The notes under the pieces are model-generated. The model had not been told where the DNA came from and searched no databases. It was given only the letters and a program-made list of their open reading frames with translations. This document shows, in pieces, positions 27,098 to 39,602 of a stretch of DNA of 64,000 nt. How positions within the stretch are numbered: position 1 is the stretch's first letter; every line of letters starts with the position of its first letter. The translations under genes were made by a program, and so were the position numbers. Source of the DNA: Rhynchobatus australiae (lineage: Eukaryota); assembly GCA_034780895.1 (NCBI GenBank), contig JAUZTB010000062.1:18751120-18815119 (forward strand), written 5' to 3'.

Positions 27098-28705
27098 CAA
27101 GATCAGGGAGCAGAAGTAGGCCATTTGGCCCATTAAGTCTGCTCCAAAGAAAAGGGGAAAAGTAAAAAGAAATGAGAAAGGAGAAAGGAAAAAAAGGAGG
27201 GCGGGAGTCTGCTCCATGAGAGAGAAAAAATTAACCCCAATTTCCAGCCTTATCCCCATATCCCTTGATACCTTGACTAATTAGATATCTGTTGTCTCCT
27301 CCTTAAACATCCCCAATGATCTGGCCTCCACTGCTGTACGTGGCAAGGAATTCCATAAATTCACTACCCTCTGGCTAAAGAGATTTGTCCTTATCTGTTT
27401 TAAACCTGTACCTTCTAATTCTAAGATTGTGCCCTCTTGTCCTGGACTCACCCACCAGAAACAGCTTGGCACATCTACTCTGTCTATTCCTTTCAACATT
27501 TTCAATGTTTCTGTGAGGTCCCCTCTCAATGTTCTGTACTCCAGTGAGTACAGTCCAAGAGCCAACAATCGCTCATCATACGCAAGCCCTTTCATTCCAG
27601 GAATCATCCTCTTAAATCTCCTCTGAACCCTCTCCAGCATCAGTACATCCTTCCTAAGATATGGGGCCCAAAACTGCACACAGTATTCCAAGTGAGGCCT
27701 CACCAGTGCCCCGTAGAGCCTCATCAACACTTCCTTACTTTTATACATGATACCTCCTGAAATGAATGCCAAAATAGCATTCGCTTTCCTTACCACCGAT
27801 CCGACCTGGTGGTTAACCTTTAGGGTATCCTGCACGAGTACCCCCAAGTCCCTTTGTACTTCTGTACTTAGTATTTTCTCCCCTTCTAGATAATAATCTG
27901 CCCGTTTATTTCTGTTTCCAAAGTGTACAACTGCACATTTCTCAATATTGAATCTCATCTGTCATTTCCTTGCCCATTCTCCTAAACTATCTCGGTCTCT
28001 CTGCAACCTTCCTGTCTCCTCAATACTCTCTACTCCTCCACCGCACCATCCAGGGTGTCATCCGCAAACTTAGCCACAAAACCATTTACTCCATCATCCA
28101 AATAGTTAATGTACAAGGTAAAAAGAAGCGGCCCCAACACCGACCCCTGCGGAACACCACTAGTAACTGGCAGCCAACCAGAGCAGGATCATTTTATTCC
28201 TACCCTTTGCTTTCTGCTTACCAGCCAATGCTCCACCCATTCCTGTATCCTACCTGTAATTCCATGAGCTCTCATCTTATTAATCAGCCTCTTGTGCAGC
28301 ACCTTGTCAAAGACCTTTTGAAAAGGTAAACACACATCTACTGCCTCTCCCTTATCCACCCTACCTGATATCTCTTCAGTAAAGCTCCAATAGGTTCGTT
28401 AGACAGGATCNNNNNNNNNNNNNNNNNNNNNNNNNNNNNNNNNNNNNNNNNNNNNNNNNNNNNNNNNNNNNNNNNNNNNNNNNNNNNNNNNNNNNNNNNN
28501 NNNNNNNNNNCAGGATCTTCCCTTCACGAAACCATGCTGGCTTGGACCTATCTTGCCTTGCACCTCTAGGTATTCCATAACCTCATCCTTGAGGATCGAT
28601 TCTAATAACTTTCCCACCACCGACGTCAGACTGAGAGGTTTGTAATTTCCTTTATGCTGTCTCCCACTTTTCTTACACAGCAGAACTACTTTTGTGACCC
28701 ATAAA
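27098..28705 (-). mobile_element. CR1/HER1-like LINE, 5'-truncated, RT domain plus 3' UTR
   Basis: GNYKPLSLTSVVGKLLESI...SQHGFVKGRS; FADD near 28060; 225 aa ORF with LVRPHLEYCVQFWAP; 3' hairpin GGGCCAAATGGCCT. Confidence 0.92.
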
Positions 28706-28807
28706 TAATGCATACTAAAATATATTGCTAAACCAATGTTTCATCTCGTTCTTCAGATAATATTGTGAAAGCACACAAAGGAAAATAGGGGATCTGCTTG
28801 CAAACAT

Positions 28808-28920
28808 ACCTGCAACATTAACTCTGTTTTGCTCTCCATAGATGCTGCCTGACCTGCTGAGTACTTTCAGCATTTTCTGTTTTAGATCATAACCTGGATC
28901 TGCAGTATTTTGCTTTTGGA
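28808..28920 (+). mobile_element. Penelope-derived terminal fragment
   Basis: GATGCTGCCTGACCTGCTGAGTACTTTCAGCATTTTCTG, same family as 5700-5730. Confidence 0.7.
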
Positions 28921-28978
28921 TCCACTATGTGCACTCCTTAAAAGGAGAAACATTAATCATTGTGTCAAAATAACTCAC

Positions 28979-29368
28979 CTGCGTTAAAAGCCCTTGTGAT
29001 TGCTTGGGATCTTTCCCTGTAAGGAATGCAATCGTCTCTCCGAGGATTTCCCCTTTAAGAAGTGTGTGCAACAACAAAAATCCACCACCTTTGATAGTAG
29101 CTGCCATATTGGAGATAACAGTCTTTGGGTCCTCAAAAAGAAACACTGAACTGTTACAGACAACTAATTGAGCATTGGTCAGATTTGACGCAGCAGGATT
29201 CATGGGATCCCACTGATCAATGGAAACACCCATTTCCTGGAGTTGGTTCTGACTGGCTGACATGAGCTCAGAATTTAGGTCAGTGGCAATGTAATCGAGA
29301 TTGATGATTGGCTGACTGTTCAGTATTGGGACAATGTAAGAGTACAAGTTTCCATTGCTTGCTGAAAC
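28979..29368 (-). CDS. FASN: FASN exon 23 (pseudo-methyltransferase, GGFLLLHTLLKG)
   Basis: 390 nt; CTAG| acceptor, CAG|GTGAG donor; the SAM motif is degenerate (EVSASNG). Confidence 0.95.
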
Positions 29369-31559
29369 CTAGAGGAACAGAGAAGAAAAATCAAGTCAAA
29401 ATATCACTGATAAAAAACATTAACTAATGAACAAATGAAAATGTCAAGGAAGGAAAACACAAACTGGCCCATCTAGGCTAGCTCTTAAGGTGGTGATGTC
29501 TCCATTGCAACTCTCACAGAAAAACAGCAATGTCATCTCCTGGGACAAGCAAAAAGCAGCAGGGTCAAAATCCAGACCAGTGTGGGGAAGCAGGAGGAAA
29601 TACTGGAAAACTGCTCTGAGATCCTTTTAGGTATTTAAATAAATTCAGGAGACCACAAATATGCACTGATATATCTGTGTAAAGGTGATTGCTTTAAACT
29701 GACCACAGATGTTGGTAACAAGTTTAATATCATAGCTGACTTCACAAACAAGCTCATAGGTGCCTTTCCCAGCAGGCAGCATAGCTTTACATCAGCCTTT
29801 TTGTTGATGCTAGTTGTTTATATGACAAGGTAAGGGGCCTAAAGAAGTAATTGGTTGAGTCTGCCACTAGGCTACCAAGTAGACATTCCCAGCTCCCAAA
29901 AAGGCAAGTCTAGGAACCGTAATATACTGCAAGTTAGGAGCCCTGAAGTAAATTCTAAATTTGTTGCAAGACAAGTATTCAAATCTTTAAGAAATGTCAC
30001 TGGATGGCCATTTTGGAAAGAGACTTCCCCGCTATCAATCTCCCAAAGGGTGTTGATGCAACTATGTGCAACTCTCTGCCCATGTGCTACACTTGAGGTT
30101 AGTCCCACTGCCATCATGGTACTCCTATAATGGATGGGAATGAAATACATTTTGAAACTTAGAACATTGGGGCAAGAGTAGAACATGCAGGCCCTTGAAC
30201 AGTTTCCGTCATTCAATCCGATCATTAGCTTATCTATACCTCACCTCAATTTATCTGCGTCTTAACGTTTATGTTCAGCCCAACAGAAACCCTGATAGAT
30301 GAGGAAGAAGGAAACTGCCAAGAAGGGGATAAGGGTCCTGCTTTGCAATTCCCTTTGATTTGATTCTTGCGTGCTTGAGCTGTGCAGATAACAAAAATTT
30401 CCCCCTAATTTTAGGGAGGTGTAATCTTTAATTTGACAGCAATCTTTGTGTCAAGCAAGATGCATTGCCATCTAATAGTCTGCAAACACACCTGGAATGT
30501 GGGTGCTACACTGAAAAAATAGGTGCGGATGTGACTTCAGTGAGCAATCTATGACACAAATAGCAATGTTTGATCAAGCAGTTTGAATTTGTAGAGCAAA
30601 TAGTTGGAAACAGGTTTGAAGTCATACAATCACTTGCAACCTTCATGTTATCAATTTCTCAAAGAATTGCAAATAAAGAGGGCTTTTAGTCATATATAAC
30701 AAAACCATATACCTTTATCCTACGCGTAGGGTTTTTAACTAGTGGAAAAGGGGTGGGAAGGGTGTTAAAAATCATTTGATTTGACCTGCTTCCCTATGTC
30801 CCACCCAGAAAGCCCCTTGTATCTTGGCAGGTGCAGACTTTCAAAATTCCTACGTTGATTTAAATTAATTAAATAAAACAATAACGGTCGACTTAGCTAA
30901 AGCCATTTGAACATGATCACCTTCAAATCACATTGTAGGTTCCACTGTCACCTTGGAGTTTGCCAGGTACAACTGTGACAGATGGCAAGTTTCTTGTACT
31001 ACCTAAAAATTTTGAAGCCCAATGGCCCAGTGATAGTTTAGTTAGCATTAGTATCAGGTACCATTGCAGCACTTAGTGTGGACATATGGCTTCAAATTAT
31101 TATGCAAATTATTATTCAAATCTTATGCATTCTAGTCTTCAACCACAGGGAACATTTGAACCTTGTTAGGAGAAGGTGGGAGCAAAAAGCTATCACAACC
31201 AAAACCAAATCAGTATATACACTAGCTAAAAACATTCAATGCAGTAATTGACTTTTTCTCCTGCAAGAGAATGATAAAAAAATTTCACTGATTGACATAC
31301 AGCCTTTATTTTACCTTAAAATCTGCATCCGGTTGCTTCTTGTTTAGCTAGGTAGGTAATAGTGCAAGCAATGGTCTTGTCTCAAAGTTCTCAAATTCCA
31401 AAAGTTCACTCATTCCAGAAACCAAACAACAACTGCTTTCTCAAATCATATTTCACCCCTCCCCCCCACATCAGTAGTCAACTCTGCTAATAAATGTCGG
31501 ATACTCACGCACTTCACTTTAAATAAATTTTCAGACCATCCCTTATCCTGATCTCATCT

Positions 31560-31800
31560 TCTCACTCTTATTCCAGGCGAGGATGTCAGCCAATACTTTG
31601 TTCTTTGACATCAAACCAAGCCCAGTCAAAACTGACGACTTCAGCCCCACCCTCAAACACTCACTCAACCTCTTGCTGTTCTCCAACTACAACCCTATCT
31701 CCAAGCTGCCCCTCTTGTCCATTGCTACCACACCCCTTAAGAATCCATACATTGTGCATGGCAGTGGTAAAGGCGTTTCTGAATTCGATGAGTTCAGCAG
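31560..31800 (+). mobile_element. Degenerate L2-like RT fragment
   Basis: PTLKHSLNLLLFSNYNPISKLPLLS resembles the PILKKPSLDP..NYRPISNLPFLSK motif. Confidence 0.6.
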
Positions 31801-31952
31801 TTACCTCCTCACTATATTCCACTGGGTACTTTAGTTAATTGGTCAGATATGGCCAACCTCTTCTGAACCCAACCCTTTTCCTCAAGTCCATTCCAAATCC
31901 ATGGGTACATATGGTCATAAAGGTATTTTGAGAAAAATAATACATCAACTTT

Positions 31953-32130
31953 ATGATACTGGAGGAACTCAGCAGGCCAGGCAGCATCTTGAGTCCTTTG
32001 AGTCCTTTGAGTCCTGACCAGAAATGTTGACCACCTGCTTTTTTCCATGGATGCTGCCTGGCCTGCTGAGTTCCTCTAGCATCATTGTGTTTTTCATCCG
32101 GATTCCAGCACCTGCAGTCCTTTGTTTCTC
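31953..32130 (+). mobile_element. Penelope-derived element with 36-bp inverted arms
   Basis: 31953-31988 is the reverse complement of 32050-32085 with 2 mismatches; internal (TTGAGTCCT)x3. Confidence 0.85.
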
Positions 32131-32172
32131 TAAATCATCAACTTTGTTTGACTAAGAGAGATCATCCATTAC

Positions 32173-32486
32173 CTCTACAATCTTCATCTTCTTGTTGGTG
32201 TTGTTTTCCAGGGAGATATCAAGGCAGACTTTCAGTGCTGCACTATCCAGTAACCCATTCAACAACTCGTCTTCTTGTAAACAACCCTTTTCCCTCTCCA
32301 CTGTCTGTTGCAGTTCAGACCAGAGGTTTCCATTCAGGTCGAGACCACACAGTACATTGAGCATGTGCAGAAGTCCTTTCTCTGAGCCAGTAATTGCAGC
32401 AGAGGCAGTTATACCAGCAGGGAGACCCGAGAAAGAAAGTTTCAGCCCATGATTGGACAACTTGTCCTGCAGCTTCTGCACAAAAC
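32173..32486 (-). CDS. FASN: FASN exon 22 (pseudo-MT N-terminal part)
   Basis: 314 nt; AAAG| acceptor, GAG|GTAAT donor. Confidence 0.93.
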
Positions 32487-32829
32487 CTTTGAAAAAGAGA
32501 ACAGTGAATGAAAGTCTCTGCTTTTAAATTGAGCTCATTTTCTGGTAGAGTTAGAAGCGAAAAAAGCCATTCTCGAACGCTGTAGCATACAATGATTTCC
32601 CGTAGAGCTAATTCCTGAAGCGTTCATCAAAAGAAGCACCACAAAGCACCTTCCCCAACACAAGGCAGAGAAAACAGCTCCATGCAGTTTGCTTCTCATC
32701 TCAAAAGGTCTGTCACACAAGAGAGGCTTACGGTTATTTTATCACAGAGAAATGCACAGTCCGGCTGAGTAATGGCAGGTTTGATTGGGAGTATTAATGA
32801 GTGGTGGACGTGGAAACAGTTATCAAGGG

Positions 32830-33125
32830 CAGGCACAGTAGTGTAGCAGTTAGCGTAACTCTATTACAGCACCAGTGATCCAGGTTCAATTCCGGCCACT
32901 GTCTGTAAGGAATTCGTACATTCTCCCTGTGTCCGTGTGGACTTCCTCCAGGTGCTCTGGTTTCCTCCCACATTCCAAAGATGTATGGGTTAGGAAGTTG
33001 TGGGCGTGCTATGTTGGTACCGGAAATGTGGCGACACTTGCGGGCTGCCCCCAGAACATTCTACGCAAAAGATGCATTTCACTGTGTTTCAATGTACATG
33101 TGACTAATAAAGAAATTTTATCTTA
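32830..33125 (+). mobile_element. tRNA-derived V-SINE (HE1-like), full length
   Basis: A-box-like TAGTGTAGCAGTTAG, B-box GGTTCAATTCC, V-domain GGTGCTCTGGTTTCCTCCCACATTCCAAAGA, LINE-like tail. Confidence 0.88.
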
Positions 33126-33254
33126 GCAGTAGAGCAATAGATGCAGAAATGACGCTGCAGTCTGTCCAGAGTTATTGTAGCACTTAATGACAATGCCGAC
33201 AAAAATGTCTATATAGAAACTTTACTGAAACCAAGCAGAAAAATTAAATCTCAC

Positions 33255-33458
33255 CTTTGCACTGTGCAAGGCAAGAGCGAAGTTTCTCACTCCCACTCAG
33301 ATAGTCATTCTCAAAGTATGGACAAAAGTGGAATTCTTGCAGAACAGGCATGCCTTGCTGCTGCTGTCGGCGGGGAGCTACGGTTGCATGCAACCCACTG
33401 ATCTGGACTCCTCCTGCTACGATGTTGTCTAGACAACGATTCACAACAACATCCACAG
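33255..33458 (-). CDS. FASN: FASN exon 21 (DH C-terminus, IVAGGVQISGLHATVAPRRQQ)
   Basis: 204 nt; ATAG| acceptor, G|GTGAG donor. Confidence 0.94.
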
Positions 33459-34212
33459 CTATAGAGGAAAAGGCAGAGAAAAAACAAGCACATTTACATG
33501 ATCAGATTTGGCAATATTTTGTTTTGCTATTTTATCTGGTCTGTAACGAACCAAACTATGCAATGGTTTTCAAATGTTGACTTCACATATAGCACAAAGC
33601 ATTGATTTTACAGAATGCCAATTTGAAATAATATTTGCTGCTGCACATCAGTCTGTGGATGCAACTTAATGTTTGAAAAGTGATTTTAATTAAGGCTTTG
33701 TAATATCTCGCAATTTTACTAAGAATATGCAAAAATAGCATATTCCTTGAATGCAACAAAAGCACAAAGATGATCACTGATTTTAGAATGGAAACATAAC
33801 TGAAATGGGCACTCTATCAAATCTCTACAAACTGAAGATATGGCTTTTCAAAGTAAACATTTAGGAACTTAATATTTTTAAAACCTGAATCTGATATTAC
33901 TAGAAGAAATGAGGTCTATCAGTTGATGTGTGGTAGCACTATAAAGGCTCCAGCAGATTGAATACTTTTAGAACATGATTTGGCAAAAGTTTTTCACTTT
34001 GAATCTTGGAGCCATCATATATAGTTATAAAATAAACAAATTACAGTTCCCCTACTATTACTAATGACAAAAATAGAGTTCATTACATTCAACCCTCTGT
34101 TGGGTTTTGGAAGATCAATNNNNNNNNNNNNNNNNNNNNNNNNNNNNNNNNNNNNNNNNNNNNNNNNNNNNNNNNNNNNNNNNNNNNNNNNNNNNNNNNN
34201 NNNNNNNNNNNN

Positions 34213-34335
34213 AGACTGAACGGATGCGAGTTGGTACTCTCAAGCTGCGCCCACATAGTCCAACCACAATCATCTGTAACATGGTATCCAGAAAGGTCAC
34301 CCAGTTTCCAGACCACAGCAACTTTCCCTTATCTC
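34213..34335 (-). CDS. FASN: FASN exon 20, partial (DH catalytic Asp, WVTFLDTMLQ); 3' end lost in N gap 34120-34212
   Basis: GCAG| acceptor; the frame runs into the gap at RVPTRIRSV. Confidence 0.9.
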
Positions 34336-34453
34336 CTGCAAATGAAAGCCAACAAAATGGTGTACTTGTTAAATGACGATACAAAGAGTTTCTCTCATTT
34401 TAGATGTGCTCATTTGAGAAAGTATAAAACTAAAGGCTTAACACAGTATTTAC

Positions 34454-34639
34454 CAGCATTATTAGATTCCAAAATTCCTTGAAAGTTTTTCCCATATTCA
34501 TATCCTCGTAGACGCAGCTCTTTGTAAATGTCTTTTGCATTCAGACGGAACTCTGTCTCTGCAGCTTCAGATTTTGAGTTTGTCTTTATCTGGCTCCTAA
34601 AATCATCTAGGGCAGTTTCTTCCAGAAGAGATACTTTTC
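34454..34639 (-). CDS. FASN: FASN exon 19 (DH, DIYKELRLRGYEYG)
   Basis: 186 nt; GCAG| acceptor, G|GTAAA donor. Confidence 0.94.
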
Positions 34640-35820
34640 CTGCAATTAGTATTATATGTATACAAAATTAAATTCCTATTAAAAATTGAGTAATATTGAA
34701 TAACAAATGCTGTCAGTTGTTAAAACGTCAGAATTCCTGTAAGATTCAGTAATTTATCTACTTGTTACACAGATTCAAGATTATTTATGACGACTCTGTT
34801 AAAAGATCTCCTTGCTTTTCTTATCACAAAGAAAGACAAGAGAAGAAGAAAAAAAAACAATTCCATTGTGTCGGGACATGTCACATAACATATATTTGGA
34901 TCTTATGAACAAATATGTCAAGCTTTACAGCCAATTATTTCTTGCAAAATAAGAGGTAGCTCAAATATCATAAGCTTTGGTGCATAAAAAAAATGCACTT
35001 TTTCATGATATTTACTGCACTTTATGGAGTTTTCTGTAATATTTAATTTTGCTCTTCAACACTATTTCTTATTTTTAAAAGCCTAAATAAAATACCTCAA
35101 TGTGAAATAAGCAGTCATCATACTATAAAAGGGGAAGTTCCAAAACTGCCAGCCCCAAAAGATTATCAGAGGAGGTAAAGTCATTGCAGTAGAGATACTT
35201 TTTAATTCACCGACATTAGCAGTTTGGTCACCATTTATAACCAATCTGCTGTAACCCATATATTGACATTTAAGAAGGTTAAAATACAATTTCTAACTTT
35301 AGGCAATGAAAATCCTCAATTTAATAAATCATTTTAATTTGCCTGGTCGGCACTTAGCAAGCTGGAGTTGGCATTGACAAAGGTTAAGAATTGAAAATAC
35401 TTTGGCTGGGTTTCATGTTCCTAAGTGTAAAGAATGATTTATACCGGAAGGAATGGAAGGAAACGGACTGTCGATCAGGGGACTTGCCTTTGAAAGGTCA
35501 CTTGCTAGCACTTTATAAAGAAATAATGACAGCATATGATCTACCTGAAAAAGATGGTCCATTGAATTTGTGAATGGACATTGAATGCCTGTTACCCTTC
35601 TAAAAGGCACATGCCTAGGATTGAGCAAAGCAGAAGAGCTCATTCCAGAGAAGAGTCTTCATTTTCATAAGATACCTCATGTACATGGAAACATATCCCA
35701 CCATTGCCGGCAATTTTTGAATTTACTGGGAGTATTTGGACTTCAATAGTTAACCCTGTGTCACTTAACATAATTTAATCCACTTCAATTAAGAAAAGCT
35801 TTAAGATTATTATGACTTAC

Positions 35821-35901
35821 CGCTAACAGCTAGGTTGCTGTTCTCAGAAACTTCGAATCTATTTGAAGCTGGCATCAGTCGAACTTCGAGTTGTACAGAG
35901 C
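35821..35901 (-). CDS. FASN: FASN exon 18 (GSVQLEVRLMPASNRFEVSENSNLAVSG)
   Basis: 81 nt; TAAG| acceptor, G|GTAAG donor. Confidence 0.92.
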
Positions 35902-37448
35902 CTTAATTACAAGAGCAACAGATTTCAAGAGCAGTGGTCAAAAAGAGTAATATGGTAATTAGAACACAGAACAGTACAGCACAGGGACACGCCCACCAGT
36001 CCCCAATGTCTGTGCTGAGCATGATGCCAAATTAAACTAACTCCCTTCTGCCTGCACATGATCCATATCCATGTGTCCATCTAAAAGCCTCTCAAACAGC
36101 ACTTCTAATAGTTTAAGGAACAAAATAAAATGCATAATTTTGGCAAAACAAAAGTAACCAAATGACAAGATAGCCTTTCCAACTAAAATTAAAAGATTCC
36201 CTTCCAGTATAGATGACGGACATCACAGGTCTTTCAAAAACCTGGTGTATACTTAGTACCTAATGTAACTAAAATGGGACCATACAACCCCAAAGCATCT
36301 TTCTTCTCAATGAGCTTACACTCTCTGCTTATCTCTCTTTCGCCTACAGTGCAGGTAATAGATGAAGAATATGCAACTTTTTCATGAGCTCATGATGTAT
36401 CAACACTGTGGGTGGAGTCAGAAGCACTTTGCCAAGAATATTATTTATAATAGTGAGCAATTCCCAAATTTAATACCGCACAACTGACAAAGAGTTTTTA
36501 CTAACAGTAGAAAAAAAACGCAAGAAATTTAATTCCATTTGAAGTTTCCTAGTATCAGAACCCTTGCATTCCTACTTTGAAGCATAACAAAGTTGTTAGT
36601 ATTTCTTCAACTGACCTCTAACCCTTCTACAAATTATCTTAAATCTATCTCCCTTCCCAGTTATTGACTTCCTTCTACAGGAAACAGTTCTTCCTACCCA
36701 CTCCAATCGGGACCACTTAATTTTTTGTTTTAAATACAATTGAATCTGTACTCAGCCTTCTCTGCTGCAAAGTAAACAACTCCAGCCTTGTCTGACGTTC
36801 CCTCGTGACTCAAATTCTCTAGTTCCTCAGTAGCACTTCCTATAACGTGCTGACCAGATGATGCAGTAATCAAGCTATGCCAAAACCGTCACGCGGTTAT
36901 AGAGTTCTTCAGTAACTTCCCTGCTCTTATATTCCACACTTAGACCAATAAAAACATTCCGTACTCCTTCTTAAGGAGTCTACATACAAAATGCACAACT
37001 TTTCCAATTGGTATCACCAAATCTATAAAATAGAATAAAAATGCATGGAATGCCTTAGCAAGAAGAGTCTCAGTTTTATTTATCACCTCGTTTAAATGAA
37101 CATTGATTTAAGATTTTGGTTAAGGTACACAGAGGAATGTAAAGAAGAATTTGTGGTCATGACTTGACATTTGCTGCTGATGTGGGTGGTGGAAGCGGAG
37201 ATGATCCATAACTTCAACCGGAAATCAGATAAGCACTTGAGGGAAATAAACTTGAAGAGCAATTGGGGAAAGAACAAGGGGAATGGAATGCTCTGCATTG
37301 CCTCATTCTGAGCCCTAATGACTATGTCAGGTGTTGCAATGCAAGCTCATGCAGCAAGAATGCCTGATCCAGAGAGAGCACTGAACATAAACATATCTAA
37401 CACGGTGAAAACTCAAAACTTTAGAAGAGTGCAAATTTGAAATTATAC

Positions 37449-37562
37449 CAGAAAATGCTGGAAGGACTCAGCCTGATTAACAGGCTTCAATGTGAAAGGT
37501 CAACTCTGTTTCTCTTTCCACAGATGCTGTATGACCTGCTGAGTATTTGCAACATTTTCTGG
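37449..37562 (+). mobile_element. Penelope-derived element with imperfect inverted ends
   Basis: CCAGAAAATGCTGGAAGGACTCAGC ... GCTGAGTATTTGCAACATTTTCTGG. Confidence 0.7.
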
Positions 37563-37583
37563 GTTTTACATCTAATCTGGTAC

Positions 37584-37775
37584 CTGTTTTTGGTAGAATT
37601 GTTGCCCTGTGTATGACAACATCCTCAAATATGACAGGCGTCTGATCCATAACAGCACCAATCAATCGTAACAAAGCTCGCCATGCCAGTACTAGATACC
37701 CAGTGGCTGGATACAGTACCCTCCCATCAATGCAGTGATCAGCGATGTAACTGTCAGGAGATTCAGGGTTCATAT
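37584..37775 (-). CDS. FASN: FASN exon 17 (DH catalytic His, [15 protein letters not shown])
   Basis: 192 nt; ACAG| acceptor, G|GTACC donor. Confidence 0.95.
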
Positions 37776-38126
37776 CTGTGGGGACACAAATCAAAAAAGA
37801 TTAGAAGGATATCCAGCTTCAAAGTTTAAATTCACTGAATTATTTAAATTGCATTTATTTTCCAAATATCATAGGATAGAAACGGGCCTAACTATGCACA
37901 TAGCAACCATATTATGTTGTACTCTGCTTTTAAGGATTTCAATGGAACTGAATTCTGGAACTGGAGAACAATGCTTGGCTGCTGCTATAGATGCATATTT
38001 AGTGCAAGAAGCTGTACAATTAATTCCTCATGCTACATGTTTGGAAGATACGTGTATAGCGTTTAATCACTACCAGTGCGCTACATTGCAATTACACAGC
38101 AAGTTTCTGATAATGCGGCAACTCAC

Positions 38127-38302
38127 CAACATTAAACACGATGGCAGATCCCAAGCCTCCGGAACCAGATGAAAAGTCCTCAGTTTTGGGTACATCCCAG
38201 ATCTGGCTATGGTCCCACACAATGCTGGGAGAAATCAAGGAAGTTCCGGCAGGGATAGGGTATTCCACAGGTGGGTATAATTTGTTGGAGTCCAGGTTCA
38301 CC
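38127..38302 (-). CDS. FASN: FASN exon 16 (post-MAT linker, WDHSQIWDVP)
   Basis: 176 nt; ATAG| acceptor, G|GTGAG donor. Confidence 0.94.
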
Positions 38303-38719
38303 CTATTATTTCAACACAGCATATGAATATTTAATTATTTTGTGCTTTTTAGTGATATCTATTGTCATATAACCTCATTGATTTCATTTGTCAACATACC
38401 AGTCCAAATCAAGGATTTGCCCAGATCAGATTTAGAGGGCTGAGCAAGCTGATTCTCCATCCCTGGGAGCTGGGCTGTGACACCCACTGGCATACAGACC
38501 TCAAGCAATGTACCACCACAGCCCAAACTCAGAACACCCTGACAGCTGGCAATAGTCCTGGCTCCTGTCAAGGTCTGAGATGCTTTTAAAATATCTCTAT
38601 TCTGCAGCAACAGATCAAACCTTTGCACTCTGGCTTTGAAAACCAAGCCTTGCAAATCACCTGAACTGGACCATACGCAAAATTCAAAACCCGCTTTCCC
38701 TTAAAGTACTGTCACTTAC

Positions 38720-38835
38720 CCACTTGCATAGACTTTGCCAATGTTCATTAAGAAATATTCCAGGTTATTGCTGTGCCCTCGATTCATCAGTGGTAGAATG
38801 AGGCAGGATGACTTCAAACTCCTCTTCAGAATAGC
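38720..38835 (-). CDS. FASN: FASN exon 15 (AILKRSLKSSCLILPLM...FLMNIGKVYASG)
   Basis: 116 nt; TCAG| acceptor, GG|GTAAG donor. Confidence 0.94.
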
Positions 38836-39398
38836 CTGAAATAAAGAGCAAGCTACTTAACCGGTGTTAATTTCATAACCATTTAAACCTTTTAATGTTC
38901 AAGCTGATATTGAGCAATCATGCATAGCATCTTGTAATACCTTGTTCTGTACGGTTTTTAAAAATTAGCACACAGTTATTTTTAAAAATTCAAAACTGCT
39001 TTTGTGTTTGTGAATTATCTGAACAATTATCTCACTAAGGTTTTAAAGGGGAATACATTAATTCAGGTGGCAATATGATTTTAGTGATTCTTAGACATAT
39101 CCTGGGAAAGACAATGGCTTCAACAAAAGCTTTGCAGTAAGGGGTCAAACATCAATGCTCTTTGTAGATATCAAAACACAATAAATAAATACTTAACAAC
39201 ATGAAGCTCCAGCTCCTGTCAAACTTGAGACTAGATGTGCACAACTAATACAGGGAAATTAAACACATTAATTCTGACAGAATGGAGACGGATTCCCTGA
39301 GTAAACTTATTTTTGTCCCAAGCAATGTAATGCACTAACACAGTGGAAGCTGCCATAAAGTCAATTGTACGCAGAGACTGAAATGAAAAGGTGGGTAC

Positions 39399-39602
39399 CT
39401 GAAGCAGAGCATGAGCAGAAATCTCAATCACAACAGCGTTACTTGGAATATGTTGCAGTCCTTCCTGAAACAAGACTGGGCTCACCAAGTTGTTGACATG
39501 ATACTCAGCCGAGGAGTATTTAGCCAAGTCACTGTCCCATTTGGACTCTGGGATTGATGTACTGATCCAGCGTGGAGTACGAGGTTTGGGAGCAGTTATA
39601 AC
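39399..39602 (-). CDS. FASN: FASN exon 14 ([20 protein letters not shown])
   Basis: 204 nt; GCAG| acceptor, CAG|GTACC donor. Confidence 0.95.

Noticed and set aside
32830-32900. tRNA gene
   Set aside because: The A/B boxes belong to a SINE head; there is no cloverleaf.
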